A stretch of 64,000 nt of DNA from Candidatus Poribacteria bacterium (lineage in GTDB: Bacteria > Poribacteria > WGA-4E > WGA-3G), in the NCBI GenBank assembly GCA_965214095.1, contig OZ243938.1, positions 768,001 through 832,000 on the forward strand, written 5' to 3'. The first letter of the stretch is position 1. The number at the start of each line of letters is the position of its first letter. Below the pieces are notes generated by a model. It saw only the letters and a program-made list of their open reading frames with translations, did not search any database and was not told the origin of the DNA. The position numbers were made by a program, and so were the translations under genes. Positions 39,097 through 50,309 of the stretch are shown here, piece by piece.

Positions 39097-42000
39097 TCAA
39101 TTGTTATCAGGTGTTTGAATTTCAGTTTGCTGCTTAGAAAGTAAATCTTCCACTAATTGTTTGGCTGCATCCATAGATGGATAACGAATTTCACGATATC
39201 CACGAACGGTTTCAACGCACTCCATTGCTTGAACATGTTTGTCATAGTCCACATCACTGTCTGAAGAGAATGTATCTATAACTTCACGGATATACCATTC
39301 TCGGAACTCACGTTCTTTTGCGTGCCATTTTGATAACCATCTACGTAGAAACTTCATCCGTTTCATTGTGTGTAACATCCAATTCCGTGTATCAATATCA
39401 CGTTCAATATCAAACCCCATTACAGTGAAATGTGGACGATTGAGATGGAGATACTTAATCTTATCACCGTTCTTCTCATCAACATTATATCTTATCTTAT
39501 CACGAGCGAACTTCTCTTTACTGGTCAACAGATGAGAAACATAGACTTCATCCTTAATCAACATTACTTTGTGTAGATACTTTATTGTTGCTTTAGTGGC
39601 ACGATAACCGTCATTGTCGTTTTCGTGGACTTGTTCAACCTTTTCAATATATGTCCGCGCATATTCAATGTTTTCAAACTGAATCAGGTCATATATATAA
39701 ATGGCAAGAGACCTATTTGTGTTCTCATCAAGGTTCAGTTTCTCAACGATTCCCTCTACTGATTGAACATAAGATGCAGCAATATGTTTTCCACTACGTT
39801 TTTCGGATAGTATTTTCCGCTTCTCTTCCAATGTTACTTCATAACTTTCTGTAGTAGATTCAGTTATATGTTGCGATATAGTGTTTTGAGTCCTCTCATT
39901 GACTGCCAGGTATCTGCCAATTTCAAAAGCGTTGAGATTCTGTTGTAAATCGGATCTGCGAACCATCTGTTTCAAAGCGATCCTGATAGGTTCAAGTTCA
40001 AGCGGCATCACACCACGTTGGAATGTAACACCTAACAGCATTATATTCGCGTATAATTTTGTTCCGAATAATTGTTCGGATACATCAAACAGATTTAATC
40101 CGAAGTAAGTTTTTGAATTTTCCTGAATAGTTGATTCCAAATCGGCAGTCTCAAAACTATCCTCACCGATGAGCATTCTGATAGTTTCTGTTTTAGCAGT
40201 ATTGACAACTGCATCTGTCCGTTGAGACGATGCGACACGAAAAACCGACTCTCCTGTTATGCCACGAACAGCTTCCAATATGTCAAGACCCATTACAAGA
40301 TCCGCTTTTCCATACGGAATAATCGGTGAAATTTTAGTATCACTATTTGTATAGGTGACGTGCGTATAGACACCACCATTCCGTATTGCTAAACCTTTTC
40401 TATCACAGAAATGGACATCAAACCCTTGCAAATATCCTGCAACAACAAGGATTTTGGACATGGTTCCGATACCCATTCCACCAACTCCGGCAGCATACGC
40501 ACTCCAAACGTTCTTGAATGGTTGCGGTGGTGGCGGTGGTAAAGGATGTCCACCATCCATACCTATTTGCATCAGTAAATCCGCGAGACCTGTTTCATCC
40601 CATATCTTATCTGTATCTTGACTATTCTCTTCAGTTTTTTCGATTTGCTGCAGTTTCTGTTTCCGAGGTGGACGTTTACGAGTGATGACGACTTCTTCAA
40701 AAGAGGGACATGCCCATTTAATTCGTGCACAAGCACCATCGGTGACACAATTAGATTTATCAATCGCTATTTTGTTACCATAATCTGTATCTTCAATCTT
40801 TAGGGCAGGACATCCAGTTGATTTGGTACATTCCAAACAAAATTCACATACTTCATGTGTAATGTTTATATGTTTCTCTACTTTTAGGAAGCCTTTTTTC
40901 TCTTTGACTGCTTGTTGTTCACGTCTTAGTCGTCTGTGTAGTGTTATTGCACATTCTTTATCCGCAATGATTATTTTTACACCGGATTTCAGAAATGCTT
41001 TCTCAAGATATTTCTTATAGTTTAATCGGTCTTCAGGATTTACTCGGACGATAGTAATTTCAGAATCCCCTGCTAATCCTTGAACAACTTTTTCTATGTC
41101 TTGAGCAAATGTAGGATTACCAAGGATATCCAGTTCGTCTGCTGGTGTCGGTTGGTGTCCTGTCATCGCTGTTGTCTGATTGTCTAATATGATGTAGGTT
41201 AAATCTTGGTTATTCTTGATAGAATCAGAAATAGCAGACATACCACCGTGAAAGAAGGTTGAGTCCCCCATAAACACGACCTGCTTATTGATGATGAAGG
41301 GATCGATTCCTGCACCTGTTCCGCCTCCAAGTGTCATTGCAGAGAGATTGTGCATCAGTCGTGGAAATGGTTCGTATTTCAGCATTGAATAACACCCAAT
41401 ATCCCCGTGAAAGACAAGATCAACAGGTGGTGAATCGTGGTGTTTTTTCATGTAATCGGGATCCATAAATTGTTTAGTAATATCAAGTAAAACACTTGAG
41501 GAATCCCTATGTGGACATCCTGGGCAGAATGTTGGCGTGCGTTTTGGTAGGTCAACTTTGATATCTGATACCTGCTGCTGTAACTCTGCAACTGATGAAA
41601 AATGGTCAGCATCTACTGAAATATGAGATGCATATTCTTTCACATTTCCATTTTCTGCGAAAAGTGGAATTAAACGTTGAATTAGGATGGATGCATCTAA
41701 TCCAGCTGCGACAGGAATTCCTGTCAAGCCGTTCGGAAACTGTTTACCCCAGACCTTTACATACCTTTCAAGTTTACCTTCCTGATAGATTTGTGCTAAA
41801 AACGCCTTGATTTCGTTTTCCAAGATAGGACGTTTCTCTTCAATGACAATTATTTCATCAACGTTCTTGGTGAATTCTTGAATTATATCTGTATCTATCG
41901 GGTGGGTCATTCCGAGTTTGAGTATGGGAATGGTATCACTGATGTTCAGTTCAGTTAGGGCATGTTCTAAGTAGCAATAACTGAAACCTGATGTAATGAA

Positions 42001-42795
42001 GCCAATCCTATGACGCGATTGATTAGAAAAAGATTCTCCATTCTCAGGAGGATAGATAATTTTGTTAAGACCTAAATGTCGTGCTGTTTCAAGCGCGGTG
42101 GGAAAACGTTCACTAAGTAATTCAACTTCAACTCGGATAGTGTCAGGTGGAAGTAGGACGCGTTCATCTGTAGAAATCAAAGAAGTGTCTATTTCTGTCG
42201 GTGCAATTTTACTTATTTCCGGATAATGATTGGGATGTAGTTCAACATTTCCACCGCCATCAGCTTGATTCTGTGTCGTTAAATAGCATGTATAGAGGTT
42301 TGAAGCTGTAGAAATCTCAAATGCATATTTGACCCAATCTTTCATCTCCTGCCAAGTTGAAGGTTCTAATAGTGGCATATAGAGGTGTCGTGCGAGTACA
42401 CGGGAATCGGCTGGTACTTGCGTACTATACGACCACGTGTCATCACCTACGACGACAACAGCACCACCGCTTGTGCCAGCAAGATTGCTTATGGCAAGAC
42501 TATCAGATGCGACGTGCATGCCGACACTCTTCATAAAGGCAATAGCACGCATTTCAGCCATTTGTGATCCATTCAACCTTGCCACACTCAACGCTTCATT
42601 GTTGGCAATTTGTGCAACGATACCATTTGTTTTGAGTAGTTCAGAATTGCGCTGCAGGACATCAAACACCTCAGAAATTGGTGAACCCGGATAACCCGTC
42701 AGCAAACTCACGCCGCTCTCTAAAGACCCCTTTACAAGCAGTTCACAGCCGGTATAGACATTTGTGCCGTTTGATTGAGAAAACCTTTCATCCAT
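39097..42795 (-). CDS. Indolepyruvate:ferredoxin oxidoreductase family, fused alpha/beta
   Basis: GYPGSP, FCPGCPH, GDIGC, GDSTFFH, TAMTGHQ, ferredoxin Cys cluster, GVGGMG, KDEVYV. Confidence 0.9.
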   Translation of the reverse strand: MDERFSQSNGTNVYTGCELLVKGSLESGVSLLTGYPGSPISEVFDVLQRNSELLKTNGIVAQIANNEALSVARLNGSQMAEMRAIAFMKSVGMHVASDSLAISNLAGTSGGAVVVVGDDTWSYSTQVPADSRVLARHLYMPLLEPSTWQEMKDWVKYAFEISTASNLYTCYLTTQNQADGGGNVELHPNHYPEISKIAPTEIDTSLISTDERVLLPPDTIRVEVELLSERFPTALETARHLGLNKIIYPPENGESFSNQSRHRIGFITSGFSYCYLEHALTELNISDTIPILKLGMTHPIDTDIIQEFTKNVDEIIVIEEKRPILENEIKAFLAQIYQEGKLERYVKVWGKQFPNGLTGIPVAAGLDASILIQRLIPLFAENGNVKEYASHISVDADHFSSVAELQQQVSDIKVDLPKRTPTFCPGCPHRDSSSVLLDITKQFMDPDYMKKHHDSPPVDLVFHGDIGCYSMLKYEPFPRLMHNLSAMTLGGGTGAGIDPFIINKQVVFMGDSTFFHGGMSAISDSIKNNQDLTYIILDNQTTAMTGHQPTPADELDILGNPTFAQDIEKVVQGLAGDSEITIVRVNPEDRLNYKKYLEKAFLKSGVKIIIADKECAITLHRRLRREQQAVKEKKGFLKVEKHINITHEVCEFCLECTKSTGCPALKIEDTDYGNKIAIDKSNCVTDGACARIKWACPSFEEVVITRKRPPRKQKLQQIEKTEENSQDTDKIWDETGLADLLMQIGMDGGHPLPPPPPQPFKNVWSAYAAGVGGMGIGTMSKILVVAGYLQGFDVHFCDRKGLAIRNGGVYTHVTYTNSDTKISPIIPYGKADLVMGLDILEAVRGITGESVFRVASSQRTDAVVNTAKTETIRMLIGEDSFETADLESTIQENSKTYFGLNLFDVSEQLFGTKLYANIMLLGVTFQRGVMPLELEPIRIALKQMVRRSDLQQNLNAFEIGRYLAVNERTQNTISQHITESTTESYEVTLEEKRKILSEKRSGKHIAASYVQSVEGIVEKLNLDENTNRSLAIYIYDLIQFENIEYARTYIEKVEQVHENDNDGYRATKATIKYLHKVMLIKDEVYVSHLLTSKEKFARDKIRYNVDEKNGDKIKYLHLNRPHFTVMGFDIERDIDTRNWMLHTMKRMKFLRRWLSKWHAKEREFREWYIREVIDTFSSDSDVDYDKHVQAMECVETVRGYREIRYPSMDAAKQLVEDLLSKQQTEIQTPDNN

Positions 42796-42801
42796 TGTAT
42801 A

Positions 42802-44526
42802 TTATCCTTTGAATGTTTTTGTATTCAATAACTCACGGGCATGAGCGAGACCCACTTCAGTCTCGTTGCCGCCGTGCATACGCGCAATTTCTGTCACACG
42901 TTCAGCATCTGAAAGTGGTTTCGCAGTAATCAGAGTTCGTTCGCCTACTACATCTTTCTCAACAAGAAAATGTCTGTCAGCAAATCGTGCAATCTGTGGT
43001 AAATGTGTAATACAGATAACCTGAGCAGACTCCGATAATTCCTTCAATTTTTTTCCAACTACATCTGCAATTTTTCCACCTATGCCACTATCAATCTCAT
43101 CAAAAAGCAGCGTGGGAATGCTATCAACTTGAACTAATACGGTCTTTAATGCAAGCATGACACGGGATATCTCTCCGCCAGAAGCGATCCTTGCCAATGG
43201 ACGTAAATCTGAACCCACATTCGGAGCAATCAAGAACTCCACTTTATCCATCCCGTGCTCTCGATACACATACCGTTTCCCATCTATCCTAAGTACTCCA
43301 TTTTCATCTTCCTGAGGCTCCACAGATGTATGAAATTCTGCTTTTTCCATACCCAATTCTTGTAGCTCTTTTTCAACTAACTTTGATAGTTTTTCTGCAA
43401 CTTTTTTTCGTCTGTGAGATAATGCAACACACAAATCTGCTGCAATCAGTTGCATTTCCTTGATCTGTATTTGTAAATCATCTATCTTTTCTGAACCGAG
43501 TTCTAAGTTCTCTAACTTCTGCTCTGCATCCGACTGATACTCTATCATCTCAGCAACTGTATCACCATAACGACGTTTGAATTTTGAAATTAGATCCAAT
43601 CGATCTGTAACTTCGGTAAGTCGTGTAGGATTGAACTCTATGTTTTCCGCATACTCACGAATTTGTGATGCGATATCTTCAAGTTCATACAATGATGACT
43701 CTAACCGTTCACTCAATTCTGATAAACTTCCATCCATTTCAGATAATTTTGTGAATGTCTTGGCAGCATCCCTCAAGTTTTGTGTCACTGAGAGATTACC
43801 ACCTAAATCTGATCCACTATATCCACCTTGAGCATCACCATCAAGTTGTTCAAAAACGAGGTTAGCAGATTCATACAATTCCTCGGCATTGTTGAGTATA
43901 GATAACTCCTCAGTGAGTTTTTCCTCTTCTCCTTCCTGCAGTCCTGATGAAGCAAGTTCCTTAACCTCAAATTGAAGTAATTCCTTTTCGCGTTCTGATG
44001 TTTTCAAAGTATGTAAAAGAGAATCCACTTCTCTCTGCAAATCCAGCAAATGATGGTAATTTTTACTAACTTGTTGACGTTCTGTCTCTGTCTCCCCAAA
44101 ATCGTCCAACAATTCAAGATGAGTTTCCGTTCTAAATAAGGATTGATGTTCATGCTGTCCATGAATATCAACTAATATTGTTCCCAATTCTTCAAGTTGC
44201 TTTAAATTTGCTAATTTTCCGTTGATACGACACCGACTTCTACCATTTGAACTAATCTGTCTGGAAAGTACCAATGTATCATCATCTGTTTCCCCAATTG
44301 ATGGAAGCGGCATAGTAGGAGAAACGCCTATTTCCACTGATGCTGCATCAGTTCCCTCACGCACTATATCTGCGGATGTGCGTTCACCTAAAACCAATCC
44401 AACAGATTTGAGGATAACCGATTTTCCCGCGCCTGTTTCACCTGTAAAGATATTCAGTCCAGGTGATAATTCAAGTTGAAGTTCGTCAATAAGGGCAATA
44501 TTGCGGATAGAGATTACTTCTATCAC
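42802..44526 (-). CDS. recN: DNA repair protein RecN
   Basis: TGETGAGKS, DIHGQHE, ASGGEISR, FDEIDSG, CITHLPQIA; GTG start after AAGGA. Confidence 0.96.
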   Translation of the reverse strand: MIEVISIRNIALIDELQLELSPGLNIFTGETGAGKSVILKSVGLVLGERTSADIVREGTDAASVEIGVSPTMPLPSIGETDDDTLVLSRQISSNGRSRCRINGKLANLKQLEELGTILVDIHGQHEHQSLFRTETHLELLDDFGETETERQQVSKNYHHLLDLQREVDSLLHTLKTSEREKELLQFEVKELASSGLQEGEEEKLTEELSILNNAEELYESANLVFEQLDGDAQGGYSGSDLGGNLSVTQNLRDAAKTFTKLSEMDGSLSELSERLESSLYELEDIASQIREYAENIEFNPTRLTEVTDRLDLISKFKRRYGDTVAEMIEYQSDAEQKLENLELGSEKIDDLQIQIKEMQLIAADLCVALSHRRKKVAEKLSKLVEKELQELGMEKAEFHTSVEPQEDENGVLRIDGKRYVYREHGMDKVEFLIAPNVGSDLRPLARIASGGEISRVMLALKTVLVQVDSIPTLLFDEIDSGIGGKIADVVGKKLKELSESAQVICITHLPQIARFADRHFLVEKDVVGERTLITAKPLSDAERVTEIARMHGGNETEVGLAHARELLNTKTFKG

Positions 44527-44619
44527 TGGTTTTTCCTTGTTGCTTGTGCTGCACAATCCTACTTACAAGGTGTAACAATGTTTCCAACCATAGGATAGTA
44601 AATTAGTATCACTCTCAAC

Positions 44620-45483
44620 TTATTTGAACCTTTCTCCCAACATGAGTTTCTCACGCAATGCTTTATAGTAACTATGACTTTGTGATCGTATAAGTTGTAT
44701 AGTTCGATTTGCCTTTTGAACTTTTATTTCTGCTTGTCTTGTAAGTGTGTGTGTTTCGCGTTGTCCATCAATAAAGAGGTCCAAACTTTCATAAGTGGAA
44801 TGCATTTCTACCTTTATCTCGGCATCACCGTTGGCAATAAACGGACGCACTGTAAGACTATGCGGTGCAATAGGTGTTAACAATATCGCTTCCAACTGGG
44901 GGGCAACAATCGTACCACCACATGCCAGCGAATACCCGGTTGAACCACTCGGTGTAGCAATGATCAATCCATCTGCATTATACGGAATAAAGAGTTCACC
45001 ATCAATATAAACGTCCAATTCTATTAGTCGTGTGTAGTGCCTTATGACAACATCATTCAAAGCATAAGCATGAAACGGATGAGGACTCTGACTGTTCACA
45101 AAAACTTCCAGCATCATCCGATGCTCTATGCGATAGTCCCCTCGCAATGTAGCCTGTAAAGCCGGTTTCAGTTCATCCAAGGAAGCATCTGTCAAAAAAC
45201 CTAAGTTTCCTATGTTAATAGCAAGGATCGGAACATTCTCAATCTTCGGCGTATGTGCTGCACTAAGAAGTGTGCCATCTCCGCCAAGTACAAGCATCAA
45301 ATCAACTATTTCAACCATCTCTGTTGTGTCAATTCCATTTCGTGGAATGCCAAGTGCATGTGCTTGTTCATCAGGAACTATCGGTTCAACACCTGCTTTT
45401 TTGAGCAATTCCGACACTTCAGAAACAACTTGTTGGGCATGTTCCTTACCGGTATGGACAAAAAATCCGACCTTTTTCGTCAT
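44620..45483 (-). CDS. nadK: NAD(+) kinase
   Basis: LGGDGTLL, GNLGFL, ALND, ADGLIIATPSGSTGYSL; ATGA overlap with upstream gene. Confidence 0.95.
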   Translation of the reverse strand: MTKKVGFFVHTGKEHAQQVVSEVSELLKKAGVEPIVPDEQAHALGIPRNGIDTTEMVEIVDLMLVLGGDGTLLSAAHTPKIENVPILAINIGNLGFLTDASLDELKPALQATLRGDYRIEHRMMLEVFVNSQSPHPFHAYALNDVVIRHYTRLIELDVYIDGELFIPYNADGLIIATPSGSTGYSLACGGTIVAPQLEAILLTPIAPHSLTVRPFIANGDAEIKVEMHSTYESLDLFIDGQRETHTLTRQAEIKVQKANRTIQLIRSQSHSYYKALREKLMLGERFK

Positions 45484-46478
45484 CCAGCCTCCTTCTCTAA
45501 TCGGGAAAACCCCAAAATAATAGCACACCCAACCGAAAAGACACATACAGTGATAGTTAAATTCATATCAAGTTGAGGAAGAATATGTGCAGTATCATAA
45601 CGTTTGTCCCCAACCATCAGATAATCCCGAAACGGCCACAAACCATATAATGAACCGAACATCAGACCAATAAGAAACGAAATTGTAAGATTACGATATC
45701 GTTCTAATAGAAACTTGAGCAACCTTGTGAATACCAAAATCCCGAATATGCAACCAAATGCAAAGAATGTGAGAATTAACAGTTGACTCAGAAATAGTTG
45801 TGTAATTTCTCCCGACAATAATGTTGGTATACCATCAATAAAATCCTTAATCAAACCTAAGAGCGGAAAATAGAAACCGAATGCAAGTAATAAAAACGAT
45901 CCGCTGACACCGGGAAGAATCATCGCTGAAATAGCAATTGCACCACATGCAAAAAATGTGAGAATCGTAAGAATCGAAAGTTCTACAACTTCGTCTGCCT
46001 CCGAAGTCACAATCGCAGCATCCTTTTTCAACTCTTCTATGAAAACAATAAAAGTCCCTGCAACCAACAATATGATCAGTTCACGCCAACTGAATCCGCG
46101 TAACATACGCAGTGGTATGATTATGGACGTTAGCACCAACCCAAAAAAGAATCCATAAGTTGCATCATGTTGTGAATCCAATAGGTAGACTATCAACTTT
46201 GTTGATACCAACACCGCTGCAACAGCACCAACACCTAAAACCATCAGAAATCCAAAATCAATGCGGCTTAGTTCTGTCCGTAATTTGTCAACAGCACTTT
46301 TTTGAAATGTCAATACTCTCAACAAACTTGTTACTGTTTGAAGTCCAATGTTTCGTAACGCAGTGATCAATCGTTCATAAATGCCTAAAACGAGGGCAAG
46401 TGTTCCTCCACTCATACCCGGAATAATGTTCGCAATACCAATCAAGAAGCCATTTACAAATAGGCGAATTATGTTCAT
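45480..46478 (-). CDS. DUF368 membrane protein (undecaprenyl-phosphate translocase family)
   Basis: Duplicated IPGMSGGT / MILPGVSGS motifs, many TMs. Confidence 0.88.
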   Translation of the reverse strand: MNIIRLFVNGFLIGIANIIPGMSGGTLALVLGIYERLITALRNIGLQTVTSLLRVLTFQKSAVDKLRTELSRIDFGFLMVLGVGAVAAVLVSTKLIVYLLDSQHDATYGFFFGLVLTSIIIPLRMLRGFSWRELIILLVAGTFIVFIEELKKDAAIVTSEADEVVELSILTILTFFACGAIAISAMILPGVSGSFLLLAFGFYFPLLGLIKDFIDGIPTLLSGEITQLFLSQLLILTFFAFGCIFGILVFTRLLKFLLERYRNLTISFLIGLMFGSLYGLWPFRDYLMVGDKRYDTAHILPQLDMNLTITVCVFSVGCAIILGFSRLEKEAG

Positions 46479-46577
46479 ATATTAAGTTGAACTATCTACA
46501 ATTTGGAATATACACTATTGTGCCTTGTCAAAAATTATACTACAAAACCATATCTATGTCAACCGTTTATGAAACTG

Positions 46578-46710
46578 TGGGTGTGTAAAGTTCTTGGCAA
46601 AATGGACACAGACATCCTGTAAGAGGGATCTCCGAATCGTGAACTGTCGGGAATCGGAGTTCCCTCGGACAATGAATTTGGCGGTTAATGTCGAAAACTT
46701 TACATACCCA
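46578..46710. mobile_element. TIR-bounded miniature element enclosing an inverted REP-like pair
   Basis: TGGGTGTGTAAAGTT / AACTTTACATACCCA (14/15); internal GAGGGATCTCCGA...TCGGAGTTCCCTC within 46619-46670. Confidence 0.55.
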
Positions 46711-46989
46711 TTTGGAACAGTATCTGAAATTATTGTTGCGTATGTCATGAATGTTTGCATTAATTGCATTAATTACTGCTATAATTTGGATTTATTTATA
46801 AAAAAACCTTCGCGAAAAAATAGAGTTAGATTCAGTCATAATAAGAGATTATCAATGAGCTGGGTGTACTTCTGCGAGTTATACCAAATTAATCCGATTT
46901 GTAGTGCATGGAAAATAATTGATGCGAACATTTCTGAGTATTTGAGGAAATAAAAACGCAAGACTTGCCAATGTGTACTGTCAGTTTAC

Positions 46990-47155
46990 TATATTAACCC
47001 AAGTTGCTACCTATAAGTTTTTAGACATGTGGATACCGTATTTTTCAATAATAAGGCATTATTCTAGAAATTTTGTAGCGTCCACTGCTAGTTTGCATAT
47101 TCACAGGCACAATCTAGCAGATTATGCTACATAGGTGGCAACTTGGGGTAATATA
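46990..47155. mobile_element. 166-bp MITE-like element with TA-flanked 25-bp TIRs
   Basis: TATATTAACCCAAGTTGCTACCTAT / ATAGGTGGCAACTTGGGGTAATATA (23/25); similar end at 49201-49219. Confidence 0.7.
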
Positions 47156-47566
47156 ATACCAATTTTTCAGTATATCTATAAAACCTGAAGATACTACCAC
47201 CACGCATTTGCATGGCTTCTGATCTGGATAAGCGTGTCTGGCCGATTTCGTTAGCATATTTGAGTAGTAGTTCTTGAACTGCGGATCGTTCAGACAAAAT
47301 CGTTTCCAAATGTCAATTAAGGTTTTAGTCCATAATTTTATAAAGTTAAGACAAGTTTTGTTCAAATTCAAAATAAATAAAGCAATAGTAAATTAATATT
47401 ATACATGAGAATGATACTTAATATCAACAACAACTAAAGATACTGAATCTCAATATCATAATATATTACTAATGTAATACAAATGTTTTCTATTCGTGAC
47501 TTATTATCATTACGTTAAATTATCAGGCAGTCATCATATTTGAGTCATAAAATTCACAATTGATTC

Positions 47567-47713
47567 TTGTCTGAACTTAGGATTTTCAGGATTATGAGTT
47601 TAGCTCTGCAAAGTTCCTATTCCCAGCTTGACGTTTATGCTCTGACTAGCACCCTGACGTTTCAGACTCTTATCCTGGAAATCTGTCAATCCTGAAAATC
47701 CTGGTTCAGACAA
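47567..47713. repeat. Inverted pair of family C repeats
   Basis: TTGTCTGAACTTAGGATTTTCAGGATT ... AATCCTGAAAATCCTGGTTCAGACAA. Confidence 0.7.
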
Positions 47714-47878
47714 ATAGGAATACAAACCCAAAATTAATTTAACGCTTGTGAACAATATTGACCAAAATACCTAAAACGAAATAACCCACGGAAAAACACA
47801 TTTATATTGACTTATGCCTATAATATTATGATAAAATAGATCACTATCTAAATTCATAACATAAGGGCAATAGAACTG

Positions 47879-48796
47879 ATGAAATACCCAATTCTATCTG
47901 AATCAAGACGTATAGAGATGCTGCAACCGCCACAAGGTCGTGTCAGAATGGTTCTTGACACAGATACATATAATGAAATTGACGATCAATTTGCTGTCGT
48001 TCACGCCATTCTATCACCAAAAGAACTAAACCTTGAAGCAATCTATGCTACACCATTTCACAACAACCGTTCAACAGGACCTGAAGATGGTATGGAAAAG
48101 AGTTATGACGAGATTCTAAGACTGTTAGATTTCCTTCAGGTCAAATCCGAAAACTTTGTATATAAGGGTTCACGAGGCTTCCTGACTGATGGTGAAACCC
48201 CATTACAGAGTGAAACAGCAAGTGATATGGTTGAACGCGCTATGGATGGTTCAGATGAACCTCTATATGTTGTTGCAGTTGGCGCAATAACGAATGTGGC
48301 ATCAGCGATAATGCTCGAACCTGAAATTATCAATAATATAGTTGTAGTATGGCTTGGAGGCAACCCACATTATTGGTCTCATACACGAGAATTTAACCTT
48401 GCACAGGACGTACACGCTGCACGGGTTGTGCTTGATAGCGGCGTGCCATTTGTCCATTTACCTGCGCGCGGGGTTGTTTCACATCTGTTAACTACTGTGT
48501 CTGAGATGGAACGTTATGTCCAAGGACAAGGGAAAATTGGTGATTACCTGGTACAAATATTCAAAGATTATCATAAAGACCACTTCGGTTGGTCAAAAGT
48601 GATATGGGATATATCTGCAACAGCGTATCTTGTCAATAGTAGTTGGGTACCAACGGACATAGTTCATAGTCCGATTCTGACTGATGTTGTAACGTGGAGT
48701 TTTGACAACAGCCGACACCTCATGCGTGTTGCTACAAGTGTTAATCGTGATGCAATCTTCAGAGACTTATTCCAAAAGTTACAACAAGCGGAATAG
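47879..48796 (+). CDS. Nucleoside hydrolase (IUNH family)
   Basis: LDTDTYNEIDDQFA, GAITNVA, EFNL.QD..AA, IWD. Confidence 0.9.
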   Translation: MKYPILSESRRIEMLQPPQGRVRMVLDTDTYNEIDDQFAVVHAILSPKELNLEAIYATPFHNNRSTGPEDGMEKSYDEILRLLDFLQVKSENFVYKGSRGFLTDGETPLQSETASDMVERAMDGSDEPLYVVAVGAITNVASAIMLEPEIINNIVVVWLGGNPHYWSHTREFNLAQDVHAARVVLDSGVPFVHLPARGVVSHLLTTVSEMERYVQGQGKIGDYLVQIFKDYHKDHFGWSKVIWDISATAYLVNSSWVPTDIVHSPILTDVVTWSFDNSRHLMRVATSVNRDAIFRDLFQKLQQAE

Positions 48797-49410
48797 TCGA
48801 GTCAGATTAGAAGGGTAGATGCCATTCGTCTCCGTAAATAATCTCTTCTCGGGAAATGCCTTCTTATGACTACCGGTTTTAACTGAAGATAACCTTGTTG
48901 GTGCGGATGGTCGTATTTCAATACAAACATACATATCAATATATCTTGAAACAGAAAAACCACCAAACTGTGATGTCTGGTGGCAATTTCTGCGGTTGCG
49001 TAGTTTTTTTCAACTACACGGTGTTAGTCCCAAAAGATTGAGTAGCCAACCTCGGGACGTGTGATATTCCGCAGGATTCTGAAATGGGAATAGGAATCCT
49101 CTATATCATGCTGGATTATCTCAATCTCATCTCCTATTTTTACGGTAACCTCCCCGTTCGCATCAAAAAATGGACGGTACATCTGTGTCAAAAATCTTGT
49201 AAGTTGCAACTTGGATTAAGAGACATTGTAATAAGTAATCATATAAAAGTCAATACAATTGTATGTTGTATTATACTATTATATTAGTTTAACATGACTT
49301 TTATTGTAAAATGGGATATATTGAATGTTCTGGTTGTCAACATGTTCGCCAGTTAGGGAAAACCTTCAATATTATGGTAAATTATTGAATTAATTCTACA
49401 CATTGATCAG

Positions 49411-49477
49411 GCGAGGTTAGGAAACCTCACCTACTGTTGATAGAAAGTGTAGATATAATTATATGCTTCACCATATA
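49411..49477 (+). repeat. Diverged right half of family A element with one REP
   Basis: GCGAGGTTAGGAAACCTCACCTAC then ...ATAATTAT...TTCACCATATA. Confidence 0.55.
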
Positions 49478-49512
49478 TAGCATAAAATCTGATATTCAAA
49501 AGGATAAACAAA

Positions 49513-50022
49513 ATGAAAACAGAAAAATATATAACACTGATCTTATTGCTCACCTGTCTTGCCGTCAATAACACAATCGCTCAAAACGAACTTACTGATA
49601 TACAATCTCAAGCAAAAACTGATGCACTTTGGGACTTAGATGCTCAAAAATGGTTCCAAATTGGGATGTGCTTTTCTTCTGTCGGTATCTCATCTGGCTG
49701 CGTTGTTTCGATGTTGACCGCGACTGATAGTGGCAGTTCGGGTGGTTTGGACTTTGGAATTCCTGAACCAAACCTGATCGGATTCGCTGTAACTGCTCTG
49801 GGGGTTGCTGCCTTATCAAATTTAGGCGTTGCTGGTGCTAGTGCATCTGTGCCACCTGAACGGTTATTAGGTCTGCCTGCATCAGATATAGAAACATACT
49901 CAAAAACATATATAGATACCGTCAATGATAAACGTATAAAATACTCGTTATATGGCACTGGTGCTACGTGCTTGGGTGTGAGTGTTATTTCAATGATAAT
50001 TGCACTTTCGAGTTATCAATAG
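49513..50022 (+). CDS. Hypothetical membrane/secreted protein, paralog of 56898-57419
   Basis: Signal peptide, AK.DA..D, W...G, PPERLLG...Y..TY. Confidence 0.7.
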   Translation: MKTEKYITLILLLTCLAVNNTIAQNELTDIQSQAKTDALWDLDAQKWFQIGMCFSSVGISSGCVVSMLTATDSGSSGGLDFGIPEPNLIGFAVTALGVAALSNLGVAGASASVPPERLLGLPASDIETYSKTYIDTVNDKRIKYSLYGTGATCLGVSVISMIIALSSYQ

Positions 50023-50309
50023 AAAAATAGTGTCGTCAATCAAGCTCTGTCGTGTCGTCAACGAAGTTGGCTCACGGCTCTTTGTTTTAATCGGTTGAGT
50101 GTGGTATTCATCTAAAATCTCTGTATCGACAAAACATATTTACATATTTTCTTACACATTTATGGATATAATATATTTTTGTCGGTAAGTTTCTGGTGTT
50201 TAATATGGGTTACTCTCACGGATCTATTAGTCATAATCAACGAAATAAGGGCGGGTCTGCACCTCAACTGAAAAGGGGTAAAGATTTGATACTTGATACA
50301 ACAGAAGTA

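Noticed and set aside
46594-46953. 119-aa ORF
   Set aside because: Runs through an inverted-repeat element and AT-rich spacer; no RBS or protein-like motifs
47127-47309. 60-aa ORF with a double-glycine-like leader (LSRSEAMQMRGG), suggesting a RiPP precursor
   Set aside because: TTG start without RBS, C-terminus comes from the MITE TIR, and no peptidase-transporter or modifying enzymes nearby
48820-49209. Possible decayed gene (61-aa ORF with open continuation past a TAA)
   Set aside because: Start lies in a repeat end; no recognisable family
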